The translations under genes and the position numbers were made by a program. This document shows, piece by piece, positions 10,070 to 19,273 of a stretch of DNA of 63,672 nt (position 1 is its first letter; each line of letters starts with the position of its first letter). Under the pieces are notes generated by a model. The model did no database searches and had not been told where the DNA came from. It saw only the letters and a program-made list of their open reading frames with translations. The stretch covers positions 1-63,672 of the forward strand of contig WRJS01000003.1 of NCBI GenBank assembly GCA_009778475.1. Direction: 5' to 3'. Origin of the DNA: Kiritimatiellota bacterium. GTDB lineage: Bacteria; Verrucomicrobiota; Kiritimatiellia; RFP12; UBA1067.

Positions 10070-10167
10070 AAAGGCTGAAAGCCCCGGGGAACATCCAATA
10101 TTCAACACAGGGGACCCCGTTGGCGCGACCGCGGCCAATGGGGCATGAGAACATCCAATGTCCAAGT
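10070..10167. repeat. ~100-bp dispersed repeat, inverted partner at 14128-14229
   Basis: Manual alignment to the reverse complement of 14128-14229 shows about 8 differences over ~98 nt. It includes a 47-nt perfect core: acacaggggaccccgttggcgcgaccgcggccaatggggcatgagaa. Confidence 0.85.
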
Positions 10168-10214
10168 GGGGTGAGCTTCGGAGTCGCACCCCACAAAGCC
10201 CTCCAATGTCCGAA

Positions 10215-10745
10215 TTATCGTTGGTACTTCTCAAACATAGCTTTACGGTTCATCTTTTCTGCTTTTTCCTCTTCTTTTGTTTTCAAAATATTTTCAAGAA
10301 TCTGGGCAGCCACTCCCGTTCCGGGGTCAACTGGTTCGGCAGACAAACAACCGTTCGTGTCGCACGAGATACGCACGCAAGGGTTTAAAGAAAGATCAAT
10401 CTCTTTTCCCAAGACAGAAAGCGTCTTGCGGTTCTTCATCTCAAAAACGACTTTTTCTACATGCCCATACTGCACATCCCAACGCGATGCCAAGCCACAC
10501 CCCCTCCATCTGTCAAAAGACATAAATGCAGGGGTGTTCTGCGGGGATGTTCCGACCTCGTTAATGACCAAAAGCGTTAGATTCTCAAAATTTCTCGGCC
10601 TGTCTTTCCAATAGGCATCATAAGAAGTCCCATCTATTAAAAGACCTGATATTGCCGACGGACGTTTCAGAGTGTCCCGAATCGAACATACACTAGCAAT
10701 AACGAGCAAAATGAAAACGATAGCGAATTTGCTACATCTCTTCAT
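10215..10745 (-). CDS. Small AT-rich secreted or membrane-anchored protein, unknown function
   Basis: ORF 10215..10778. ATG 10745 is preceded by AAGGAG and gives MKRCSKFAIVFILLVIASVCS (signal/anchor). Composition is about 40-45% GC by eye, against >60% in the flanks. Confidence 0.6.
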   Translation of the reverse strand: MKRCSKFAIVFILLVIASVCSIRDTLKRPSAISGLLIDGTSYDAYWKDRPRNFENLTLLVINEVGTSPQNTPAFMSFDRWRGCGLASRWDVQYGHVEKVVFEMKNRKTLSVLGKEIDLSLNPCVRISCDTNGCLSAEPVDPGTGVAAQILENILKTKEEEKAEKMNRKAMFEKYQR

Positions 10746-10750
10746 ATTAC

Positions 10751-11086
10751 TTACTCCTTTATTGTTAGTGAGAGCCAAACCGCATACTCATTGGATACCT
10801 GTGTGCCCGGCGAAGACAAAGATATAGTTCCCCCACTTCCAAGGACATCAATGCCACCGGATGTGATTCCTAAATCCGCACGGTAGTTGCGCAGGAGGAA
10901 GGCGTGGCCGAGACCGGCGACGTGGGGCTTGCTGGTGAAGAAAGTTTCTAGTTGCGAGTTTCTAGTTTCTAGCCGGGAAGGGGAATTGTCCTCGCCGTAG
11001 GCGGTCAGGTGGGTGCGGGTGAGGGTATCGGAGGAGTCGAAGGCGGCGAGGGTGATGCCGAGCTGGTCGTTGAAAAATACGGTGGA
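10751..11086 (-). pseudogene. Possible relic of an RHS/YD-repeat core C-terminus
   Basis: The 3' third of ORF 10751..11356 reads ...THLTAYGEDNS(17 aa)FFTSKPHVAGLGHAFLLRNYRADLGITSGGIDVLGSGG... This parallels the RHS core end (YDAFGN...F.FTGK....TGL.Y...R.YDP.LGR..S.DP.G). It has no intact upstream gene, and a TTTCTAG word array lies inside it. Confidence 0.3.
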
Positions 11087-11334
11087 GGCGGCGTCGGCGG
11101 CTCGCGGGGACGCTCGCCCTCCAGAAGGGGAGGCGAGGACGGCTGCGCCGCGCGTGGCGGTGGCAGGTAGCGCACCGCGTCCTGCGGTGCTTTGCCCAAG
11201 GGAGGACGGGCATTCCTGCCTGTCAGCAATCACGGGCAGGAATGCCCGTGCCACCTTTCCTCCCTCCTTAGCCATCATTCCTGATTCCTCATTCAAGGCA
11301 TTCACCCTTGTCTCCGTTTTATTCCTGATTTCTA

Positions 11335-11429
11335 TTTTAACAACTTCAGGAAACAACGTTCTTCATCTTTAAAAGCGCGACAACTATACTACCGGCCGCC
11401 GTCACCCGTCAAGAGCATTTTTTCTTTTC
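11335..11429 (-). promoter_or_regulatory. Repeat-borne sigma70-like promoter module, copy 1
   Basis: Minus-sense sequence: gaaaagaaaaaatgct (A-rich, UP-like), cTTGACG (11407-11412), an 18-nt spacer, TATAGT (11383-11388), then a conserved 45-nt transcribed segment. It shows 7 differences in 95 nt versus 48862-48956. Confidence 0.45.
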
Positions 11430-11561
11430 AGGCAAATCTTTTTTGCGTATTTCGCGCGTTTTGCGGTTGAAACGGTCTTGAGTCTTGCGGTTTCAGGACA
11501 GTTTTAATGTGACAACACCAAGCTAAAACATTATAGCGACGGAATGGATTCGGTTGGCGCA

Positions 11562-13937
11562 TCACCTTTGGCTCGCGCGGAAAGGCGACAGCTCCGTCCA
11601 ATCGTAATACCGCAACGCCCCGTGCACGGTGTGCGAGAAAAGGAGGCGTGGCTCGCCACCATTGAGGCGGATCGCCTCGCGCCATGACAACGGGAAACCA
11701 TACTCATAAGAACCTTTCTTGAAACTGCCTTCAAAGGGGTCCCCTTGAGAACCTTCATCCTGCCTTTCCCAATCCTTCGTACATTCATCCCATTTCGTTG
11801 CTTTTACCAATAGCGCTTTAAACACGTCTTTTTCACCTTCTACGGATCTCGAGAACTTGTATGTCGTGCAGCCCCGGTAGAATAATGCATGGATATGCCC
11901 GAAGGCATCATACGCCCAGGCATGATGGGTTGCGATGGCAAGGTCGTCTGCTTCAGCATAGAGGTTCACGCGTTCTTTAAATGTTTCGGACACCGCCGCA
12001 ACGGCGGCCAAGATCTCACGGGTCTGGAACTCAATCATTGAGCGCCCCAGCAGATAGAGCATCATGGCCGCGTTCTCGTTCGTATCCTTGCCGCCGAAGT
12101 TGTAGATGGTGTGGCCTTGTTTTGTGCCTTTTCGGATCTGACCGACCTCGCCAGTCCCGAACACGTCCATCACGACGACGGGCGAGCCGTCCTGCAACAG
12201 TCGCGTCACCTCGTTCGTCAATAAGGGTAAGGGGTTGCTGCCTTTCGAGAAGAGCACGGGGGTAGAGGACAAGCCAGTCGCCACCCCGACCTCGTTTGTC
12301 CATGAACTTTTGCCGCCTTGCGCGAGCAGGAGGGCGGGCTTGCCTTTGGCATCCTTCGGGATGAAGGCAATCATGGGGACGGCACTGGTCATGCCCTCGC
12401 CGTGGTTGACGCGCAAGACCTGCCGCACCTCGCGCATACCGTCGTCGAGCATCGTCTCGGAAAGCGTCTCGACCGGTGCTTTTCCGACGGGGAAATGGTC
12501 GAATTTCAGAGTCTTGCCGATGGCGGCCTTCTGCCCGATGGCCTGCCATGTCGTGGCAAGATCGCGCGTGTCGCGGCCGCGGTGACGGTCGGTCAGCGCC
12601 ACGCGGTCGATACTCATGAGCTCGTCGCGCATCAGATCGAACGTCGTGCGAACTTCCGGCCGGGTGAGCCCCCCGTGGTTTTCCTGAAAGACAGAACCGG
12701 TGGGCGTGCAGAACGTCTCTCTCTCGGTCAGCAACCCCTCCCGGCTGATGGGTGCGGCGGAGATTTCGCGCAACGTAGCGATGTCGAACGGCAAGACCCT
12801 CTTGTCGCCCATCAGCTTGGCACGCATCCACGCCACCGAGCCTTGGAGGTGGCCCTCTTTCCAGCCGTGCGTACCCGGCACGTCGATGAGCGCGAGCGGC
12901 GCGTTGAAGGCCGGTCTGGAAAGGTCGGGCGCCTTGAGACCGAGGACGGCGAGGGCCTGCGTGGCGGCAGCCAGAGTCGCCTGTGTCCCGGCGAAGGGGA
13001 AGAAGTCGTCATGTACCGCGTTCACGCACACGGGCAGTTCCGGTGCGCGCAACAGGAGGAATGCCGTGTGGTTCAGGCCGTAGTCCAGCTGGCCGAAGAA
13101 ATTCTGCTCCGCATCGTGCGGGCCGGTGAGGGCGCAGTGGTCGCGCAGGTTTGTGATGAAACACGAGGGCGCGGCGGCCTTGATGCGCGCGTCCGCGCAC
13201 ATCAGGTACGAGGCGAGCGTCCCGCCGCCCGAGTTGCCCATGACCCCCAGGCGCATGATGTCCGCGTCAGGCAACGCCTCCAGGAAATCAATGGAGCGGA
13301 TGCCGTCCCAGATGCGGAACCGTGCCGTGTTCCAGCCCAGCAGTATCGCGCGCGCACCAATCACGTCGTGCGCAGTGGTGCCCCAGACATCGTTTGAGAG
13401 CTCGATGCGCTCGCCTTGGCTGATCGGGTCGTAGCAGAGCGCGATAAACCCCGCCTGTGCCGCCACCACCCCGGCACGCTGGTACGCGAGCGCGGCCTTA
13501 CCCTCCAGGCTGTGGCCGCACGGGATGAGGATGCACGGGTGCGGCGGCCTGCATTTCGGGCTGTCAGGGCGGTAGAGCAGGGCCGTCACCGTGTGGCCGG
13601 GCTGGCTTTCGTAGCGGACCTTGGTCACGGTGTAACCGTCGCGCTGGACAGTCCCGCCGAAGACAGTGTTCAGCGGTGTGCGTTCCGGGAACCCCCCGAA
13701 CGAATCAACCCACCGTTTATGAATCTCCGCCTGACGCGCCTTGAACGCCGCAGGTTTGCGGCACTCCGCAAACGCCCTGTCCGCCTCGATGTCCTTTTCC
13801 CGTAGTTGCTCATACACGAGGTTGTGCGACGCCATCTCCTGCCCCGGCAGTACCGGCACCGCCAGCCGCTCCGCAACCGTCCCCGCCCGCACATAAACAG
13901 CCGCACCCACCAACAAAACAGCAATGTGTGTTTTCAT
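11562..13937 (-). CDS. Secreted alpha/beta-hydrolase (acetyl-xylan-esterase-like) with long C-terminal extension
   Basis: ATG 13937 follows AAGGAG. Signal peptide MKTHIAVLLVGAAVYVRAG. Nucleophile elbow GVMGNSGGG and context (LLYRPD, PCGHS) are typical of AXE1/CE-type serine esterases. Confidence 0.7.
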   Translation of the reverse strand: MKTHIAVLLVGAAVYVRAGTVAERLAVPVLPGQEMASHNLVYEQLREKDIEADRAFAECRKPAAFKARQAEIHKRWVDSFGGFPERTPLNTVFGGTVQRDGYTVTKVRYESQPGHTVTALLYRPDSPKCRPPHPCILIPCGHSLEGKAALAYQRAGVVAAQAGFIALCYDPISQGERIELSNDVWGTTAHDVIGARAILLGWNTARFRIWDGIRSIDFLEALPDADIMRLGVMGNSGGGTLASYLMCADARIKAAAPSCFITNLRDHCALTGPHDAEQNFFGQLDYGLNHTAFLLLRAPELPVCVNAVHDDFFPFAGTQATLAAATQALAVLGLKAPDLSRPAFNAPLALIDVPGTHGWKEGHLQGSVAWMRAKLMGDKRVLPFDIATLREISAAPISREGLLTERETFCTPTGSVFQENHGGLTRPEVRTTFDLMRDELMSIDRVALTDRHRGRDTRDLATTWQAIGQKAAIGKTLKFDHFPVGKAPVETLSETMLDDGMREVRQVLRVNHGEGMTSAVPMIAFIPKDAKGKPALLLAQGGKSSWTNEVGVATGLSSTPVLFSKGSNPLPLLTNEVTRLLQDGSPVVVMDVFGTGEVGQIRKGTKQGHTIYNFGGKDTNENAAMMLYLLGRSMIEFQTREILAAVAAVSETFKERVNLYAEADDLAIATHHAWAYDAFGHIHALFYRGCTTYKFSRSVEGEKDVFKALLVKATKWDECTKDWERQDEGSQGDPFEGSFKKGSYEYGFPLSWREAIRLNGGEPRLLFSHTVHGALRYYDWTELSPFRASQR

Positions 13938-14127
13938 CTCAAACTCCTTGCGTGTCCCCTTTCCCCAAGGTAGGCTTCATATTTTATACGATTCCTTGCG
14001 TTTATTCCACAGGAAATGTGGCGCAGGAAAATATAGAGTGCAACCTTCGCGGCTCACGGGGACGTTCGCCCTCCAATTGAAAACCTTGTCTCGCCCTCCA
14101 ATTGGGATACAAAACCGAAGCGCATTT

Positions 14128-14229
14128 AACTTGGACGTTGAATATTCTCATGCCCCATTGGCCGCGGTCGCGCCAACGGGGTCCCCTGTGTTGGATATTG
14201 GATATTCCCCGAGGGCTTTCAGCCCTCGG
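14128..14229. repeat. Inverted partner of repeat 10070-10167
   Basis: See 10070-10167. Further related words (aacttggacattggatgttccctgttggatattggatattcc, gggctttcagcc hairpins) follow up to about 14330. Confidence 0.85.
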
Positions 14230-14500
14230 CCTGCCCTCGGGCAGGAATGCCCGAGCCACCTTAACTTGGACATTGGATGTTCCCTGTTGGATATTGGATA
14301 TTCCCAAGGGCTTTCAGCCTTCGCGGCACGCGCAGGGCAAGGCACTGCAATCACTAGTGTACATTCAGGCGCATAAAGAAAGGCAAGCGACTCATAGCAA
14401 CGTGGCAGGTGTATCCCTGTTCGCGATTTTTCCCTCTGCGGGCTGGAATGCCCGCACTACCTTGTACTTCGCAACAAGCCCAATGTTAATCAGATTTGCT

Positions 14501-15676
14501 TTAGAACGTCCCGAAGCGAAACTCCGTCATCGACTTGTGCAGCCTGTTGGGGCGCAAGATGGTTGAGGGGAAGATGGGCTGGTTGGGGGAGTCGGGCGCG
14601 TGCTGCGTCTCCAGCGCAAGCCCGGCGTGCCGGCGCAGGCTCTTGCCTTGCTTGCCGGGCATCGCGTCCGTGACGTGGTTGGCCGTGTAGAACTGCACGC
14701 CCGGCTCGGTCGTCCAGACCTCGATGCGGCGCCCGGTCGTCTGCTCATGGACTTCCGCCGCTTTCACAAGGCGGCCGACGGGGTTGTCCAGCACATAGTT
14801 ATGGTCGTAGCCGCCGCCGAAGCGCAGCTGCTCGTCGTCCGCGTTGATGCGCTCGCCGATGCGGCGCGGCGTCCTGAAATCGAACGGCGTGCCCTCCACC
14901 GGGACAATCACGCCCGTGGGGATAAGCCCCTTGTTCACGGGGGTCATGCGCTCCGCGAAGAGCGTCAGATCGTGGTCGAGGATGTCGCCCTCGCCCTCGC
15001 CCTTCAGGTTGAAATAGATGTGCTGGGTGAGGTTCACGGGCGTGGGCTTGTCGGTCTTCGCCTGATACGCGATGCGCCAGACGTTGTCCTCCGTCAGCCA
15101 GTAGGTCACGCTCGCCCGCAGCGTGCCGGGGAACCCTTGGTCGCCGTCCGGGCTGACGATCGTCATGCGCAGGCCCACGTTCTTGCCTTCCCGCAGCGGC
15201 TCGGCTTTCCACACATACGACTCGAAGCCGCGCGGCCCGCCGTGCAGGGAGCAGGGCAGCCCGCCGGGCGCGTTGTTGACCGGGAGCGCGTAGGCCTTGC
15301 CGTCCAGCGTGAACGTGCCGTTGGCGATGCGGTTTCCGTAGCGGCCGACGAGGGAGCCGAAGAAGGGGTCGTGCGCCTCGTAGCCCGCCACGTCGTTGAA
15401 GCCCAGCGTGATGTCCGCGAGGTTGCCGTCGCGGTCCGGCGCGTACAGGCGCACGACCTTCCCGCCCCAGTCCAGCACGTCCATCGACACGCCGCCCGCG
15501 CCCTTCAGGGTGTAGATGCGGACCTCCTGCCCGTCCTTCGTCGTGCCGAAAGGCTTGGCCGTCACCGAAGGCTCTATCGCTTTACGGCTCACCATAACAC
15601 CCCCCACATAAGCGCACCCCGCCGCAAACGCCATCAGCGCGGCCGCGAGCGAGACTCCGATGAACGACCCTTTCAT
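14501..15676 (-). CDS. galM: Aldose 1-epimerase (galactose mutarotase), exported
   Basis: This is the 3' part of ORF 14501..16138; the real start is ATG 15676 (MKGSFIGVSLAAALMAFAAGC). Motifs GRYGNRIANG, LHGG..GF, NLTQHIYFNL and YDHNYVL are characteristic of mutarotases. Confidence 0.85.
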   Translation of the reverse strand: MKGSFIGVSLAAALMAFAAGCAYVGGVMVSRKAIEPSVTAKPFGTTKDGQEVRIYTLKGAGGVSMDVLDWGGKVVRLYAPDRDGNLADITLGFNDVAGYEAHDPFFGSLVGRYGNRIANGTFTLDGKAYALPVNNAPGGLPCSLHGGPRGFESYVWKAEPLREGKNVGLRMTIVSPDGDQGFPGTLRASVTYWLTEDNVWRIAYQAKTDKPTPVNLTQHIYFNLKGEGEGDILDHDLTLFAERMTPVNKGLIPTGVIVPVEGTPFDFRTPRRIGERINADDEQLRFGGGYDHNYVLDNPVGRLVKAAEVHEQTTGRRIEVWTTEPGVQFYTANHVTDAMPGKQGKSLRRHAGLALETQHAPDSPNQPIFPSTILRPNRLHKSMTEFRFGTF

Positions 15677-15693
15677 AACCACTCGGCTGGAGC

Positions 15694-16914
15694 TCACTTC
15701 TGCGCGATGTCGAACGCCGCGATGGTGTTGCCGTGGCGCAGGTAGAGGACGCCGTTGGCGACGACGGGCGAGGACCAGTGCGGGCCGTTGCCGTAGTCGA
15801 TCGCGAACGAGGAGATGACCTTGTGCGTGTCCGCCCCGACCTCGACGAGCATGACCTTGCCGCCCTTCTCGTCGTAGGTGATCATGCCCACGGGCGTGAT
15901 GCAGAACGAGGTTTTGCTCGCGCCCTCGACGGTATAGACCTCGCGCCCGTCCTTCGGGTCGAAGCACGACATCCTGCCGCCGCCGGACGAGAACACGCGC
16001 CCCTTGTAGAACGCGGTGCCTTGGAAATGGTTGTCGCCGCCGCCCTTCCACACGCCCTTGGCCGTGTTGCCGTCGATCTCCAGAATCTCCGAGCCGAGCC
16101 TGTAGCCCGACGAGATGAACAGCCTGTTCTCGCCGCACAGCAGTGGCGCGTTCGGGTGCACCGCGTGCTGGTTGCGGTGCTGGTGCTTCCAGAGGGGCGT
16201 GCCCTTATCGGGGTCCAGCCCCACCGCGCCGTTCTCCAGCATCGTGACGAGCTGGCGCTTGCCGTTGATCGTGACGAGCTCGGGCGAGCAGTACGCGCTC
16301 TTGTCGCCCAGCCCCGCGCTCTTCCAGACGAGCGCGCCCGTGGCCGCGTCCAGCGCCACCACGCCCGTGTCCGGCCCGCCCGGCTGGGTGATGACCTTGC
16401 CGTCATAGATGAGCGGGTTGTCCGCGATGCCCCAGGTGATGTTGCGCCCGCCGTACTCCTTGTGCGCGTCCACCTTCCAGACGATCGAGCCGTCCTTCGC
16501 GCTCACGCACACGACGTGCCCCAGCCCGCTGGTCATGTAGAGCTTGCCGTCGTGGAACGTCGGCGTCGTGCGCGCGCACTCATACGAGGCCGCCCACTCC
16601 GGCGCGTACTGCACCTGCCCCTTCATCTCGCCCGTCTTCGCGTCCAGCACGTACAGGTTCCCGGCGCGGTTCGCCTTGTCGCCCGTGTTGCCGGTGACGA
16701 ACACCTTGCCGTCCACGACGATCGGCTCGGAGTATCCGTCGCCCGGAAGCTCCTTCTGCCACAGCTTCTTGGGCCCGCCCTCCGGCCACGCCTTCGCAAG
16801 CCCTTCCTCCGTCACGATCAGGTCGCGGTTGCTCCCGCGCCACTGCGTCCAATCCCCTGCCTGCGCCACACAGGCTCCCGCCGCCAACACAACCGCCAAG
16901 TTTATGCGCTTCAT
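15694..16914 (-). CDS. Secreted PQQ-like beta-propeller repeat protein
   Basis: ATG 16914 (MKRINLAVVLAAGACVAQAGDWTQWRG). It has repeated 'DG.LY...G...ALDA.TG..VW' blades typical of PQQ-binding-like/BamB-like propellers. Its stop is 17 nt upstream of the galM start. Confidence 0.75.
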   Translation of the reverse strand: MKRINLAVVLAAGACVAQAGDWTQWRGSNRDLIVTEEGLAKAWPEGGPKKLWQKELPGDGYSEPIVVDGKVFVTGNTGDKANRAGNLYVLDAKTGEMKGQVQYAPEWAASYECARTTPTFHDGKLYMTSGLGHVVCVSAKDGSIVWKVDAHKEYGGRNITWGIADNPLIYDGKVITQPGGPDTGVVALDAATGALVWKSAGLGDKSAYCSPELVTINGKRQLVTMLENGAVGLDPDKGTPLWKHQHRNQHAVHPNAPLLCGENRLFISSGYRLGSEILEIDGNTAKGVWKGGGDNHFQGTAFYKGRVFSSGGGRMSCFDPKDGREVYTVEGASKTSFCITPVGMITYDEKGGKVMLVEVGADTHKVISSFAIDYGNGPHWSSPVVANGVLYLRHGNTIAAFDIAQK

Positions 16915-17105
16915 TGTATCCCTCCTTCTAAGTGAAATGACTCCAACGTGAAAAAATAAATATACCGTATTCAGTCCCGAAAACCAAGCCGATTTTATCA
17001 TCATGTTGCTTTTGTTTTTCCGAGCCGTCTGCAAGAGGCACGCGGTAAACGAACACGGAGCGCACAATGTGTGCGCTCCGTGTCACGTCATTGCCCGCCG
17101 TTTGC

Positions 17106-19040
17106 TTACTTGCCGAGCGCGGCGGTGATCTCCGCGAGCTTGGCCTTCAGCACGTGCGGCATCTTGTTGCCGAACTGCGCGTAGGAGTCCGCGACGGTCG
17201 CGATCTCCTGCTTCCACCCGGCGGTGTCCACGGAGGTCAGCTTCTCCATGACCGCGGCCACTTCCTTGGCGGTGCGGCCGCTTCCGTCAGCGTAGCCCTT
17301 CATGTCGAGGGCGTCGGCGGTGGGCAGGTAGCCGATCGGGGTGTCCTTGCACTTGCCCTTGCCGTCGATGCGCTCGCAGACCCATTTCAGCACGCGGGCG
17401 TTGTCGCCGAAGCCGTTCCACATGAAGCCCTTCTCGTCCTTGCGGAACCAGTTGGTGAAGAACACCTTCGGGAGCTTGGTGGGGTCGGTGCGCAGCGGCA
17501 TGGTCAGCCAGTGCAGCAGGTAGTCGGCGGCGTTGTAGCCGAAGAACGGCAGCATCGCCATCGGGTCGCGGCGCACGACGCCGACCGCGCTGAGGTTGGC
17601 GGCGGTGGTCTCGGAACCGGCGGCGGAGCCCATGAACACGGCGTGCGTCCAGTCCTTGGCCTGATTCACCAGCGGGATGACGGTCGGGCGGCGACCGCCG
17701 AAGAGGAACGCGTCGATCGGCACGCCTGCGGGGTCCTCCCACTCGGAGGCGATGACGGGGCACTGCGCGGCGGGTGCGGTGAAGCGCGCGTTCGGGTGCG
17801 CGACCTTGATCTCCTCGCCCTTCTCGTCAACGAAGACCTTCTTGCCTTTCGCGTTGAGCGTGGCGGTGCGGCTCTGGCCCTTCCAGTCGATGACGTGGTC
17901 GGGGGTCGGCACGCCCATGCCCTCCCACCAGATGTCGCCGTCGTCGGTGAGGGCGCAGTTGGTGAAGATGGTGTTCTTGGTGATGGTGCGCATGGCGTTC
18001 GGGTTCGAGTCCATGGACGTGCCGGGCGCGACGCCGAAGAAACCGGCCTCGGGGTTGATGGCGTAGAGGCGGCCGTCCGCGCCGATCTTCATCCACGCGA
18101 TGTCGTCGCCGATGGTCTCGACGGTCCAGCCCGGGATCTTCGGCTCCATCATGGCGAGGTTCGTCTTGCCGCAAGCGCTCGGGAACGCGGCGGAGATGTA
18201 ATAGACCTTCTTCTGCGGCGAGGTGAGCTTGAGGATGAGCATGTGCTCCGCGAGCCAGCCTTCCTTGCGCGCGAGGTTCGAGGCGATGCGCAGCGCCAGG
18301 CACTTCTTGCCCAGCAGCGCGTTGCCGCCGTAGCCCGAGCCGAACGACCAGATCTCGCTGGTCTCCGGGAAATGCGCGATGTACTTCTTCTCGATCGGCG
18401 CGCACGGCCAGGTGGAGTCCTTCTGCCCGGCCTTCAGCGGCGAGCCGATGGAGTGCAGGCACTTGACGAACTCGCCGTCCTTGCCCAGCTCCTTCAGGAC
18501 CTTCGTGCCCACGCGCGTCATGATGTGCATGTTCACCACGACGTAAGGCGAGTCCGTCAGCTCCACGCCGATCTTCGCGATGGGCGAGCCGATCGGGCCC
18601 ATGGAGAACGGGATAACGTACAGGGTGCGCCCCTTCATGCAGCCCTTGTAGAGGCCGTTCATCGTCTTCTTCAACTCCACGGGGTCAACCCAGTTGTTCG
18701 TCGGGCCCGCGTCCTCCTGCTTCTTGGAGGCGATGTAGGTGCGGTCCTCGACGCGCGCGACGTCCGACCAGTGCGAACGCGCGAGGAAGCACCCACGGCG
18801 CTTGCGCGTGTTCAGGCGGGTGAACACCCCGGCGCTGACGAGCGCCTCGCACAAATCGTTGTACTCCTTCTTCGAGCCGTCGCACCAGACCACGTTCTTG
18901 GCCTGCGTGAGTTTCGCGAAATCCTTGACCCATGCGATCAGTTCTTCATGCTGGGTGGGCAGGGCGTTCTTCTTTGCAGCCGCTTTCGGGGCGGCGCTTG
19001 CGCAGGCGGCGGCGCACTTGACGTTTTTCTTGCAGGCCAT
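17106..19040 (-). CDS. pckG: Phosphoenolpyruvate carboxykinase (GTP)
   Basis: Kinase-1a/P-loop signature FPSACGKTNLAMM, plus length and overall similarity to GTP-dependent PEPCK. ATG 19040 follows GAGGT. The track ORF extends to 19091. Confidence 0.9.
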   Translation of the reverse strand: MACKKNVKCAAACASAAPKAAAKKNALPTQHEELIAWVKDFAKLTQAKNVVWCDGSKKEYNDLCEALVSAGVFTRLNTRKRRGCFLARSHWSDVARVEDRTYIASKKQEDAGPTNNWVDPVELKKTMNGLYKGCMKGRTLYVIPFSMGPIGSPIAKIGVELTDSPYVVVNMHIMTRVGTKVLKELGKDGEFVKCLHSIGSPLKAGQKDSTWPCAPIEKKYIAHFPETSEIWSFGSGYGGNALLGKKCLALRIASNLARKEGWLAEHMLILKLTSPQKKVYYISAAFPSACGKTNLAMMEPKIPGWTVETIGDDIAWMKIGADGRLYAINPEAGFFGVAPGTSMDSNPNAMRTITKNTIFTNCALTDDGDIWWEGMGVPTPDHVIDWKGQSRTATLNAKGKKVFVDEKGEEIKVAHPNARFTAPAAQCPVIASEWEDPAGVPIDAFLFGGRRPTVIPLVNQAKDWTHAVFMGSAAGSETTAANLSAVGVVRRDPMAMLPFFGYNAADYLLHWLTMPLRTDPTKLPKVFFTNWFRKDEKGFMWNGFGDNARVLKWVCERIDGKGKCKDTPIGYLPTADALDMKGYADGSGRTAKEVAAVMEKLTSVDTAGWKQEIATVADSYAQFGNKMPHVLKAKLAEITAALGK

Positions 19041-19273
19041 CTTAACCTCACTCTTGTTCCGTTTCATGCTTTCACATCCCAAGGTAAGCAACAGGCACTA
19101 CCCCTGCGAAAGTTGGCGATATATTTTGCCTGATTCCGCATCCAGTAGCAACGAAAAAGGAAAACTTTTTTCCGCCTTGCCAACAATAAATGCAGGGCGG
19201 AAGCCCTGCGCTCCCGGATGCGCATAGCGCCACCGCTTTTGCCACGGCGGCTTCCCGCGCGGTCATTGCGCCT

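Noticed and set aside
10751-11356. 201-aa ORF as an intact gene
   Set aside because: Its 5' two-thirds is assembled from intergenic repeat words (the promoter module leader, the ggcaggaatgccc hairpin, the ggagggcgagcg word). The start is a TTG inside the conserved leader. Only the 3' third is retained, as a low-confidence RHS-like relic.
10070-14229. Composite transposon delimited by the inverted ~100-bp repeats
   Set aside because: There is no transposase, integrase or recognisable IS end, and no target-site duplication was seen. The repeats are made of words that are dispersed elsewhere. I kept it only as a repeat-bracketed segment.
15677-16138. N-terminal 154-aa extension of the mutarotase ORF (track ORF 14501..16138)
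   Set aside because: The extension is Arg/Gly/His-rich low-complexity sequence and overlaps the 3' end of the well-supported PQQ-propeller gene on the same strand. An ATG at 15676 gives a normal signal peptide. The extension is a stop-free run in GC-rich DNA.
18001-18012. gggttcgagtcc, resembling a tRNA T-arm
   Set aside because: It lies in frame within the PEPCK coding sequence, and no acceptor, D or anticodon arms can be built around it. No tRNA-like cloverleaf was found in any intergenic region.
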